Below, in pieces: positions 38,290 to 46,171 of a stretch of 64,000 nucleotides of DNA (position 1 is its first letter; the number at the start of each line of letters is the position of its first letter). A model generated the notes under the pieces. It saw only the letters and a program-made list of their open reading frames with translations, made no database searches and was not told where the DNA came from. The translations under genes and the position numbers were made by a program. This stretch comes from Dehalococcoidia bacterium (GTDB lineage Bacteria > Chloroflexota > Dehalococcoidia > UBA2979): assembly GCA_020634075.1 (NCBI GenBank), contig JACKCJ010000013.1, positions 3,298-67,297 on the forward strand, read 5' to 3'.

Positions 38290-39819
38290 CTAGTGGGCGA
38301 CCGCCGAGGCACGCGTCTCGCGGACCACCGTGACCTTGATCTCGCCCGGGTACTGCATCGTCTCCTCGATCTTCTTGGAGACATCGCGGGCGAGCCGGCT
38401 CGCACCGAGGTCGTCGACGCGTTCCGGCTTCACGATGATGCGCACCTCGCGGCCCGCCTGCACGGCGAACGACTGGTCGACGCCGTCGAACGAGTTCGCG
38501 ATCGCCTCGAGGGCCTCGAGGCGCTTGATGTACTCCTCGGCGGATTCGCGGCGTGCGCCCGGGCGGGACCCCGACATCGCGTCCGCGCAGATCACCACGA
38601 GCGCCTCCACCGTCTCCGGCGGGACTTCCTCGTGGTGCGCCTCGACGCAATGGACGACCTCGCGCGGCACACCGAAGCGGCGGGCGATGTCGGCGCCGAG
38701 GCGGGCGTGGGTGCCCTCCATCTCGCGGTCGACCGCCTTGCCGAGGTCGTGCAGCAGGCCGCCGAGGCGGGCGATCTCGACGTTCGCGCCGATCTCGTGC
38801 GCCAGTGCGGCCGCCAGCCACGACGTCTCGATGCAGTGCCGGAGCTGGTTCTGGCCGTAGGAGTAGCGGTACCGGAGACGCCCGAGCGTGCGGACGATCT
38901 CGGGGTGGAGGTTCGTGACCTCGGCGTCCACGAGCGCCTGCTGCCCGGCCTGCTCGATGAGCTTGTCCACCTCGGCGCGCGCCTTGTCGACGGCGTCCTC
39001 GATGCGGGTGGGCTGGATGCGTCCGTCCTGGATCAGGCGGGCGAGGGCGGTGCGGGCGATCTCCCGGCGGACCGGGTCGAAGCCGGACACCGTCACCACC
39101 TCGGGTGTGTCGTCGATGATCAGGTCACAGCCCGTGGCGGACTCGAAAGCGCGGATGTTGCGGCCCTCGCGCCCGATGATGCGGCCCTTGAGCTCGTCCG
39201 AGGGGATCGGCACGACCGTGACGGTCGTCTCGGCGGTCACCTCGGAGGTGATGCGCTGCATCACCGTGGCGAGGATCTTGCGGGCGCGGACATCGGCTTC
39301 GTTGCGCGCGGAGGACTCCATCGCGCGGACCCGGCGATTCGACTCCTCGCGGAGTTCGCCGTCGAGGTTCTGGAGGAGCTGCTCGCGCGCCTCCTCGAGC
39401 GTCAGGCTCGCGACGCGCTCCAGCTCCGATCGGGCCTCGGCGCGGATCTGGTCGATCTCGGCCTCGGTCTTCTCGAGGTTCACGGTGCGGTCGCGGACAG
39501 ATTGCTCGGAACGCTCGAGGTTCTCGGCGCGTCGCTCGAGGGTCTCCTCGCGCTGCTCGAGCCGGCGCTCCGCGCGGCTGAGCTCGTTGCGACGTTCCTT
39601 GATCTCGGCTTCGAGTTCCTCGCGACGGGCGAGGAGGGTTTGGTTCGCGTCCAGCTCGACCTTGCGGGCGCGGTTCTCAGCTTCCTCCACCATGATGCGC
39701 GCTTCGTCGCGCGCCTGGCGGGTCATGCTGTTGGCGCCCTGGCGGGTCACGAAATAGACGAGACCCGCACCCAGCAGGAAGGCGACTGCGCCTTCCGCCA
39801 CGAGGATCAGCGCATCCAT
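38290..39819 (-). CDS. rny: Ribonuclease Y
   Basis: It has an N-terminal TM helix, a long coiled-coil, a KH motif (GRIIGREGRNIRAFESATG) and an HD domain (GGLLHDLGKA). Confidence 0.95.
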   Translation of the reverse strand: MDALILVAEGAVAFLLGAGLVYFVTRQGANSMTRQARDEARIMVEEAENRARKVELDANQTLLARREELEAEIKERRNELSRAERRLEQREETLERRAENLERSEQSVRDRTVNLEKTEAEIDQIRAEARSELERVASLTLEEAREQLLQNLDGELREESNRRVRAMESSARNEADVRARKILATVMQRITSEVTAETTVTVVPIPSDELKGRIIGREGRNIRAFESATGCDLIIDDTPEVVTVSGFDPVRREIARTALARLIQDGRIQPTRIEDAVDKARAEVDKLIEQAGQQALVDAEVTNLHPEIVRTLGRLRYRYSYGQNQLRHCIETSWLAAALAHEIGANVEIARLGGLLHDLGKAVDREMEGTHARLGADIARRFGVPREVVHCVEAHHEEVPPETVEALVVICADAMSGSRPGARRESAEEYIKRLEALEAIANSFDGVDQSFAVQAGREVRIIVKPERVDDLGASRLARDVSKKIEETMQYPGEIKVTVVRETRASAVAH

Positions 39820-40018
39820 GGTGCCGTTCTCCGTATCCAGGACACCGGCCGAGCGCCGCTGGCGGTGCCTGGAACGCGGTCAACTGACACACGCTCTCTG
39901 GGGCACTGCCGGTCGCTCGAAGCCGGAATGATTCGTTTCCGACGGATCGCCGTCGGCTAACAGAATCGTATCACGCGCTTAAACACGTTTATTGACCTGT
40001 TACGGGGGCGGGGAGGTG

Positions 40019-40654
40019 TCAGCGATCGTCCTCGGCATCGCCCTCGGGCACGTCCGCGAGGGCGGCCTGCATCGCCTCGCGGGCGACGGAATCGGAGAAG
40101 CCGCGGCGCCTGAGGAAGTCGTAGAGGCGACGCGTGCGCTTGGGTTCCTCGACGGATCGGAGCGAGCGGGCACGCTTCCGGGCCGCCTCGAGAGCGGCTG
40201 CGCGGTCGTCGTGCTCGGCGATCGCGGCCTGGGCGAACTCGTCGGCTACGCCGCGCTGGTTCAGCTCGTGCTTCAGGAGGGCACGACCGCGTCCCGTGGC
40301 ACGCGGTCCAGAGACATAATTCTTCGCCCATGCGCGGTCGTCGAGATACCCGAGTGAGCGCATCCGCTCGACCGCGTGTTCGACCTCGTCGGGCAGGAAG
40401 GATCGGGCGAGGGCGGTCCCGAGCTCACGCTCGGTGCGGTGCTTACGGGAGAGCAGCTCCAGTGCCTTGCGGATCGCGAGGAGCTTCCGGCCCTCCGACT
40501 GCACCTCGGACCACTGGTCGGGGGGGAAGTGGACGCCCTCGCGGAGGTGGTGGAGGACAACCGTCTCGAGGGGAAGGACGACGGGGTCGTCGCTGTCGAT
40601 GGAGACAGCGGCGACCCCGTTCTTCTTGACCTGGACTTCGACGATGACCGGCAT
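40019..40654 (-). CDS. recX: Recombination regulator RecX
   Basis: It lies 21 nt downstream of recA. It shows the repeated three-helix pattern (ALELLSRKHRTERELGTAL...VERMRSLGYLDDRAWAKNYV...). Confidence 0.9.
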   Translation of the reverse strand: MPVIVEVQVKKNGVAAVSIDSDDPVVLPLETVVLHHLREGVHFPPDQWSEVQSEGRKLLAIRKALELLSRKHRTERELGTALARSFLPDEVEHAVERMRSLGYLDDRAWAKNYVSGPRATGRGRALLKHELNQRGVADEFAQAAIAEHDDRAAALEAARKRARSLRSVEEPKRTRRLYDFLRRRGFSDSVAREAMQAALADVPEGDAEDDR

Positions 40655-40675
40655 CGAGGTACCTCGACGCGCGGG

Positions 40676-41770
40676 TTACGCGTCGACCGAGAGCTCCGCC
40701 TCAGCCTCGACCGCTTCCGCGGTGGCCGGAGGGGCGAACGACTCGACGGGGGCGGCGCCCTTCACACCGGCGAGGCTGCGCACGCGCTGCTCGATCTCGG
40801 TGCCCATCTCGAGGTTCTCGCCGAGGAACTTCACAGCGTTCATGCGGCCCTGCCCGAGGCGGACGTCGCCGTAGGAGTAGAACGCGCCGGTCTTCTTGAT
40901 GACGTCGTGCTCGACCGCGAGGTCGATGACGTCGCCCCAGTGGTTAATGCCGTGCATGTCCGAGGTGAACATGATGTCGAACTCGGCCTGGCGGAACGGC
41001 GGGGCGACCTTGTTCTTCACGACCTTGCAGCGCACGCGGTTGCCGATGAACGTCTGGCCGTCCTTCAGCGATTCGATGCGCCGGATGTCGATGCGGACCG
41101 ACGAGTAGAACTTCAGCGCGCGGCCGCCGGGAGTGGTCTCCGGGTTGCCGAAGACGACGCCGACCTTCTCGCGGAGCTGGTTGATGAAGACGAGGGCGGT
41201 GTTGGTGCGGGAGACCGCAGCGGTCAGCTTGCGCATCGCCTGGGACATGAGGCGTGCCTGCAGGCCGGGGAGGGAGTCGCCCATGTCACCCTCGAGTTCC
41301 GCGCGCGGCACGAGGGCGGCGACGGAGTCGACGATCACGATGTCGATCGCCTGCGAGCGGATCAGCGCTTCGCAGATCTCGAGGGCCTGCTCACCGGTGT
41401 CCGGCTGCGAGATGAGGAGGTCGTCGACGTTGATGCCACACTGCGCGGCGTACTCCGGGTCGAGCGCGTGCTCGACGTCGATGTAGGCGGCGGTGCCGCC
41501 GGCCTTCTGGGCCTCGGCAATGATGTGCTGGGCGAGCGTGGACTTACCGGCCGACTCCGGACCGTAGATCTCGGTGATGCGGCCGCGCGGGACGCCGCCG
41601 ATGCCGAGGGCGATGTCGAGCGAGAGCGCGCCGGTCGGGATGCCGGAGACGTTCATCGAGGCGCTCGGGTCGCCGAGGCGCATGATGGCGCCCTTGCCGT
41701 GGTCCTTGGTGATCTGCTCGAGCGCCTTCGCCAGGAGGTCTGCGCGCTGCTTCTTCTCGTCGACGGCCAT
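40676..41770 (-). CDS. recA: Recombinase RecA
   Basis: [18 protein letters not shown] is present, together with Walker A ([11 protein letters not shown]) and the L1/L2 regions. The start is set at ATG 41770 ([13 protein letters not shown]). Confidence 0.97.
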   Translation of the reverse strand: MAVDEKKQRADLLAKALEQITKDHGKGAIMRLGDPSASMNVSGIPTGALSLDIALGIGGVPRGRITEIYGPESAGKSTLAQHIIAEAQKAGGTAAYIDVEHALDPEYAAQCGINVDDLLISQPDTGEQALEICEALIRSQAIDIVIVDSVAALVPRAELEGDMGDSLPGLQARLMSQAMRKLTAAVSRTNTALVFINQLREKVGVVFGNPETTPGGRALKFYSSVRIDIRRIESLKDGQTFIGNRVRCKVVKNKVAPPFRQAEFDIMFTSDMHGINHWGDVIDLAVEHDVIKKTGAFYSYGDVRLGQGRMNAVKFLGENLEMGTEIEQRVRSLAGVKGAAPVESFAPPATAEAVEAEAELSVDA

Positions 41771-41838
41771 GGCCTTGCGCCTCTCGTTCTCTCGGATGGT
41801 TCGAGTCAGTAGTGCAGGCCCCCGCCCGACTGTTCGGA

Positions 41839-41867
41839 ACACTAGAACGCGCGTTCTACAGTGTCAA
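41839..41867 (-). promoter_or_regulatory. recA promoter (sigma-70 type)
   Basis: On the minus strand it reads TTGACA - 17 nt - TAGTGT. The -10 element lies about 69 nt upstream of the recA ATG. Confidence 0.6.
41843..41858. promoter_or_regulatory. LexA SOS box (Cheo-box type GAAC-N4-GTTC)
   Basis: TAGAACGCGCGTTCTA is a 16-bp perfect palindrome. It overlaps the recA -10 element by 2 nt and covers most of the -35/-10 spacer. Confidence 0.7.
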
Positions 41868-41996
41868 CACCCTTCGTCACTGGAGGTGTCATTTCACGAC
41901 GATCTGTGGTGTCCAGTGGTGTCGCCGCGTTCCGAATGCCGTCGCTGGTCATCGTACCGCCTCGACGCAGGGTCGGGAGGGAGTCAGGATCGGGCC

Positions 41997-42272
41997 ATGG
42001 CTCGCATCACGATCCGCTTGAGCCCGAGGGCGTCCCGCGAGGAGATCGCGGGGGAGCGCGATGGCGCGGTGCTCGTGCGGGTCACGGCGCCGCCAGTGGA
42101 CGGCGCGGCGAACGAAGCGCTGGTGAAGCTGTTGGCGAAGACGTTGCGAGTGCCGAAGAGCGCGGTCGCGATCGTCTCCGGCGAGACGTCGCGCACGAAG
42201 CTCGTCGAGGTCCACGGGGTCGAGGAAGCCGATCTCCGGGCTCGCCTCGGTCTGGGTGCCGGCGGCGGTTAG
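41997..42272 (+). CDS. DUF167 (YggU) family protein
   Basis: RLSPRASREEI...VRVTAPPVDGAANEALVKLLAKTLRVPKSAVAIVSGETSRTK matches the family pattern. The start is set at ATG 41997. Confidence 0.8.
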   Translation: MARITIRLSPRASREEIAGERDGAVLVRVTAPPVDGAANEALVKLLAKTLRVPKSAVAIVSGETSRTKLVEVHGVEEADLRARLGLGAGGG

Positions 42273-42529
42273 AAGCTCGACGCCGAGTTCAGCAGGGCCG
42301 AGGCGATGAAGAAGAGCAGCAGCATCGCGACCATCGGCGTGATGTCGATCATGCCGATCGGGGGGATCACCTTCCGGAGCGGCTCCAGTACCGGGTCCGT
42401 GACGGCGTTCAGGAACTGCACGATGGGGCCGTTCCGGTCGATCGGGAACCAGGTGAGGATCGCCCGCGCGAAGATCGCGAAGGCGAGGAACTGGACGAGG
42501 TAGCCCACCGCGAGGACCAGCATTCCCAT
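42269..42529 (-). CDS. YggT family membrane protein
   Basis: ILTWFPIDRNGPIVQFLNAVTDPVLEPLRKVIPPIGMIDITPMVAMLLL matches the family pattern. Confidence 0.85.
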   Translation of the reverse strand: MGMLVLAVGYLVQFLAFAIFARAILTWFPIDRNGPIVQFLNAVTDPVLEPLRKVIPPIGMIDITPMVAMLLLFFIASALLNSASSF

Positions 42530-42532
42530 GGG

Positions 42533-43333
42533 TTACTCCCCCAGATCGCGCGCACGCTCGTACGCCGCTTCCACTGCCGAGTCGATCGCCGTGCGGAAGC
42601 CGGCGGCCTCCAGCTCGGCGAGCCCGGCGGCGGTGGTGCCGCCCGGCGAGGTCACCTGGTTGCGCAGCGCCGCCGGGTGCTGTCCGGTCTCCATCGCGTA
42701 TTCGGCCGAGCCTCGGACGGTGGAGAGCACGAGCTTGAGCGCATCCGGGCGCTTCATGCCCTGGCGGACGGCCGCGTCCACCATCGCCTCGATCATCAGG
42801 TAGACATAGCCCGGCCCGGAGCCGTGCACGGCGGTCGCGAGGTCGACCTCGTCGTCCGAATGCACCTCGACGTATCCGGTGGCGACGGCGCTCAGCACGC
42901 GCTCGAGGTGGGCGCGCTGCGCACCGGTGACCTCGGACGATGGGTAGTAGACGGCGGCGCCGGCGCCGATGGCGGCCGGGAGGTTGGGCATCACGCGGAC
43001 CGCGGCTCGGTGCCCGGTGTAGCGGCGAAGGTCGTCGAGGCGCACACCGGCGGCGATGGACACCACGACGGCGTCGCGCCCGAACTTGCCGGTGAGGTTC
43101 TCCGCGACGGTGGGGAGGTCCTGCGGCTTCACCGCGAGGATGACGACATCCGCCCCGATGCAGGCGCTCTCGGCGTCATCGGTCACACGCACGCCGTGCT
43201 CACTGAGCTGTGCTCGACGGGCCGGCACCACCTCGGCGACGGCGACGTCTCCCGGCGCGGCCACCTCCGCGCGGAGGATGCCGCGCAGGAACGCCTCGCC
43301 CATGAAGCCGCCGCCGATGATGCCGATGCGCAT
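42533..43333 (-). CDS. proC: Pyrroline-5-carboxylate reductase
   Basis: MRIGIIGGGFMGEAF forms a Rossmann motif. The C-terminal GQHPAALRNQVTSPGGTTAAGL motif is also present. Confidence 0.9.
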   Translation of the reverse strand: MRIGIIGGGFMGEAFLRGILRAEVAAPGDVAVAEVVPARRAQLSEHGVRVTDDAESACIGADVVILAVKPQDLPTVAENLTGKFGRDAVVVSIAAGVRLDDLRRYTGHRAAVRVMPNLPAAIGAGAAVYYPSSEVTGAQRAHLERVLSAVATGYVEVHSDDEVDLATAVHGSGPGYVYLMIEAMVDAAVRQGMKRPDALKLVLSTVRGSAEYAMETGQHPAALRNQVTSPGGTTAAGLAELEAAGFRTAIDSAVEAAYERARDLGE

Positions 43334-43481
43334 CGTGACCCCTCGTCGATGCTGTGCCGTCGATGGCATGCCGTCGCGCGGACGAAGGTCCGGAGCGAAG
43401 CGGCGGAGTATGACTTCGAAGCCTAAGGGATCGCGACGCCTACGGGCTGGCAGTCGGTGTCATCCGAGGGGGCCGCAGGGG

Positions 43482-44177
43482 TCAGGGCAGGCGGTCGCCG
43501 AAGATCGCGCGCCCCACGCGTACCACCGTCGCGCCTTCTTCGATGGCGACCTCGAAGTCGTCCGTCATTCCCATCGAGAGCTCCGAGAGGCCGTGCTCAG
43601 CGGCCAGCTCGCGGAGCGCGCGGAAGACCGGTCGCACCTCCTCGGGGTCCTTCACGCGAGGCGCGACTGTCATCAAGCCGCGGACATCGAGGATCTCAGC
43701 CGACCGGGCGGCTGCGAGGAGCGGCCCCACGTCGGACGGTGCGATCCCCTCCTTCTGGGCCTCGCCGGCCACGTTGACCTCGAGGAAGCAGCGGAGCGGC
43801 CGATGCCCCGGGCGTGCCTCGGCAGCACGGGTCGCGATCTCCCGGACGAGCCGCTCGGAGTCGAGCGAGTGCAGGACGTCGATGTAGGGGAGGGCGTCTC
43901 GCACCTTGTTGCGCTGGAGATGGCCGATGAAGTGCCACTCGGCAGCCAGTCCGCGCTCCCGGGCGGCGAGGGCCTTCGGGACGAACTCCTGGGCGCGGTT
44001 CTCGCCGAACACGCGGAGTCCAGCGGTGACGGCCTCCTCGACGGCTTCGATCGGGTGCGTCTTGGACACCGCGACGAGGGTGACCTCATCGGCACTCCGG
44101 CCGCTACGGGCGCACGCCGCCTCGATGCGGTGTCGCACTTCGGCGGCACGGGTGGCGATGGACGTCGTCGCGGTCAT
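43482..44177 (-). CDS. yggS: YggS-family PLP homeostasis protein
   Basis: LVAVSKTHP carries the PLP lysine. [19 protein letters not shown] and [18 protein letters not shown] are also present. Confidence 0.9.
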   Translation of the reverse strand: MTATTSIATRAAEVRHRIEAACARSGRSADEVTLVAVSKTHPIEAVEEAVTAGLRVFGENRAQEFVPKALAARERGLAAEWHFIGHLQRNKVRDALPYIDVLHSLDSERLVREIATRAAEARPGHRPLRCFLEVNVAGEAQKEGIAPSDVGPLLAAARSAEILDVRGLMTVAPRVKDPEEVRPVFRALRELAAEHGLSELSMGMTDDFEVAIEEGATVVRVGRAIFGDRLP

Positions 44178-44192
44178 GGAGATGAGCCAGGC

Positions 44193-44471
44193 CTACGGTC
44201 GGCGGCGGCTGAAGATCTCCTCCTCGAGCGTGCGCTGCGACTGCTTGTCGCGCTCGACGAGGCGCCAGACGCCGAGGCCGAGGATGGCGATCGGGCCGAG
44301 CGAGAGGATCGGGTGGATGGACAGCAGCCACACGGCGGCGCCCAGGAGAAAGAGCACCCCGAAGATGACGAGCATCGGGATGGCCAGCAGGCCAAGCACG
44401 ACGCGGCTCATCACGAAGATCTCGCTCCAGGAGCCTTCCGGATCCTGCTGGGGCGGTTGATATCCGTACAT
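44193..44471 (-). CDS. Small hypothetical membrane protein
   Basis: 92 aa counted from ATG 44471, with two or three hydrophobic helices. It lies directly upstream of yggS. Confidence 0.5.
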   Translation of the reverse strand: MYGYQPPQQDPEGSWSEIFVMSRVVLGLLAIPMLVIFGVLFLLGAAVWLLSIHPILSLGPIAILGLGVWRLVERDKQSQRTLEEEIFSRRRP

Positions 44472-44553
44472 GCGTCCAGTGTAGGCGTCGCGAGCGTCGG
44501 CAACGTTGCGTGATGGCGTCAGGTGTAGCATCCCGCGCGCGAGGGGGTGTGCG

Positions 44554-45429
44554 ATGACAGGTTCCTTCAGACTCGGTGACGTCGAGATCACGTACGTCGA
44601 GGAGCTCACGCTCCCGACCTCGGTCCGGTGGATGCTCGAAGGGGTGGAGCGAGACGCCGTGGCCGCGTGCTCGTCATGGATGCAGCCGCACTACCAGAAC
44701 GCGGACGGCTACCTCCTCCAGAGCATCCACACGCTCGTCGTGCGGACGCCGGACCGGCTCATGCTGGTGGACACGGGCGTCGGCAACGGCAAGGAGCGCG
44801 GTGGTGGTATCCCGGCGTTCAACCTGCTCGACACGGACTTCCTCGACCGCCTCGCCGCCGCCGGCGTCGACCCGGACGAGGTGGACACCGTCCTGTGCAC
44901 GCACATGCATACCGACCACGTTGGCTGGGACACCCACCTCGAGGATGGACAGTGGGTGCCGACGTTCCCCAACGCGCGCCACCTGTTCGTCGAGCAGGAG
45001 TGGATGCACTGGCACGAGGTCGCCCGGGACGCTGAGGCGACCGCCCGCCTGCTGGCAGACTCCATCACGCCGGTGTTCGAGGCCGGTCTCGTGGACCTCG
45101 TGCCGGCCGACTACCAGGTCACCGAGCAGGTCAGGCTCGTCCCCTCGCACGGTCACAGCCCCGGCCACGTGACCGTCGAGGTCACCTCGGGCGGACGGAC
45201 GGCGGCGCTCATCGGCGACGTCATGCACTCGCCGCTCCAGGCGGCGTTCCCGGACGTGAAGCCGCCGCTCGATCGTGAGCTGGAGGCACCCGCGCGGGCA
45301 CGCCACGCCGTCCTCGAGCGCTACGCGGACACCGACACGCTGGTCCTCGGGGCGCACTGGCCGTGGCCGCCGGCGCTGATCCGCCGTGAGGGCGACGCCT
45401 ACCGCGTGGATGCCGCGGAGGACTTGTGA
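44554..45429 (+). CDS. MBL-fold metallo-hydrolase (lactonase-like)
   Basis: HxHxDH motif CTHMHTDHVGW, later His ligands (PSHGHSPGH) and GDVMH. The ATG at 44554 has GAGGGGG upstream. Confidence 0.85.
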   Translation: MTGSFRLGDVEITYVEELTLPTSVRWMLEGVERDAVAACSSWMQPHYQNADGYLLQSIHTLVVRTPDRLMLVDTGVGNGKERGGGIPAFNLLDTDFLDRLAAAGVDPDEVDTVLCTHMHTDHVGWDTHLEDGQWVPTFPNARHLFVEQEWMHWHEVARDAEATARLLADSITPVFEAGLVDLVPADYQVTEQVRLVPSHGHSPGHVTVEVTSGGRTAALIGDVMHSPLQAAFPDVKPPLDRELEAPARARHAVLERYADTDTLVLGAHWPWPPALIRREGDAYRVDAAEDL

Positions 45430-45431
45430 TG

Positions 45432-45463
45432 CATGATGCGTGATGCTAGCATCACGCATCATG
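45432..45463. promoter_or_regulatory. 32-bp perfect palindrome at the vapB start (candidate operator or RNA hairpin)
   Basis: CATGATGCGTGATGCTAGCATCACGCATCATG equals its own reverse complement. It begins 2 nt after the MBL stop and ends with the ATG at 45461. Confidence 0.6.
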
Positions 45464-45730
45464 GTGAAGAGAACCACGGTCTCAGCCGAAGAAGACGACC
45501 TCGCCACCCTGGAACGGGAGGCGAAGCGTCGCGGTGTCTCCTTGTCTCTGATGCTCCGGGAGGCGGTCATGGAGTACGCAGCCGAAATCCGGGAGGCGAA
45601 CCGTCCGCGCTTCGGCTATACCTCCGGACCGGAAGACGTCGCGCAGGAATCCGTGGATGACGAGGACGCGCCGTACCGCCACCTGAAGTCGCAGATGGAC
45701 GACCACGACTCCGCGTCGGCGACCAGGTAG
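45461..45730 (+). CDS. vapB: Ribbon-helix-helix antitoxin (VapB/CopG-like)
   Basis: MVKRTTVSAEEDDLATLEREAKRRGVSLSLMLREAVMEY matches the RHH pattern, and the tail is acidic. The stop abuts the vapC GTG. Alternative ATG starts lie at 45440 and 45443. Confidence 0.75.
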   Translation: MVKRTTVSAEEDDLATLEREAKRRGVSLSLMLREAVMEYAAEIREANRPRFGYTSGPEDVAQESVDDEDAPYRHLKSQMDDHDSASATR

Positions 45731-46147
45731 GTGGCGCTCGTCCTCGATACCGGGGTGGTGCTGGCGCTCCTCAACGCGAAGGATCGCTACCACCGCGCCT
45801 GTGTCGAGCTCGCCATGGGCACGCGGGAGCCGCTGGTCATCCCGGCGGCGATTCTCGGCGAGGTCGACTACTGGATTGCGCAGCGCCTCGATCCTCGGGC
45901 GTGGCGCATCCTGATCGAGGACATCGACCGCGGCGCGTACCTCCTCGAACCGACCACCGAGGAGGACCTTGTCCGGACGGTCTCGCTACAGGATCAGTAC
46001 CCGAGCCTCTCGCTCGGCTTCGTGGACGCCGCCGTGATCGCGGTGTGCGAACGCCTTGGAGAGCGCAAAGTCGCGACGGTGGACCGCCGCGACTTCTCGG
46101 TGGTCGTGCCGCGGCACGCGCCCTACCTCGAGATCCTCCCGGCCTGA
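45731..46147 (+). CDS. vapC: PIN-domain toxin VapC
   Basis: The conserved acidic residues are in PIN order: LVLDTGV, LGEVDY, FVDAAV, TVDRRDF. Confidence 0.85.
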   Translation: MALVLDTGVVLALLNAKDRYHRACVELAMGTREPLVIPAAILGEVDYWIAQRLDPRAWRILIEDIDRGAYLLEPTTEEDLVRTVSLQDQYPSLSLGFVDAAVIAVCERLGERKVATVDRRDFSVVVPRHAPYLEILPA

Positions 46148-46171
46148 CCGGCTCTCAAACGCACGCGAACC

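Noticed and set aside
37286-38821. 511-aa long form of the PHP phosphoesterase
   Set aside because: The upstream 214 codons are Arg/Pro/Gly-rich and overlap the 3' end of rny in another frame. PHP motifs begin right after GTG 38179, which has a GGAG SD.
38293-39960. 555-aa plus-strand ORF
   Set aside because: It is antisense to rny, which has clear KH and HD motifs. It has the low-complexity Arg/Asp/Leu/Gly composition of a shadow ORF. The same reasoning applies to 40376-41812 (antisense to recA and recX) and 46595-48673 (antisense to nrdJ).
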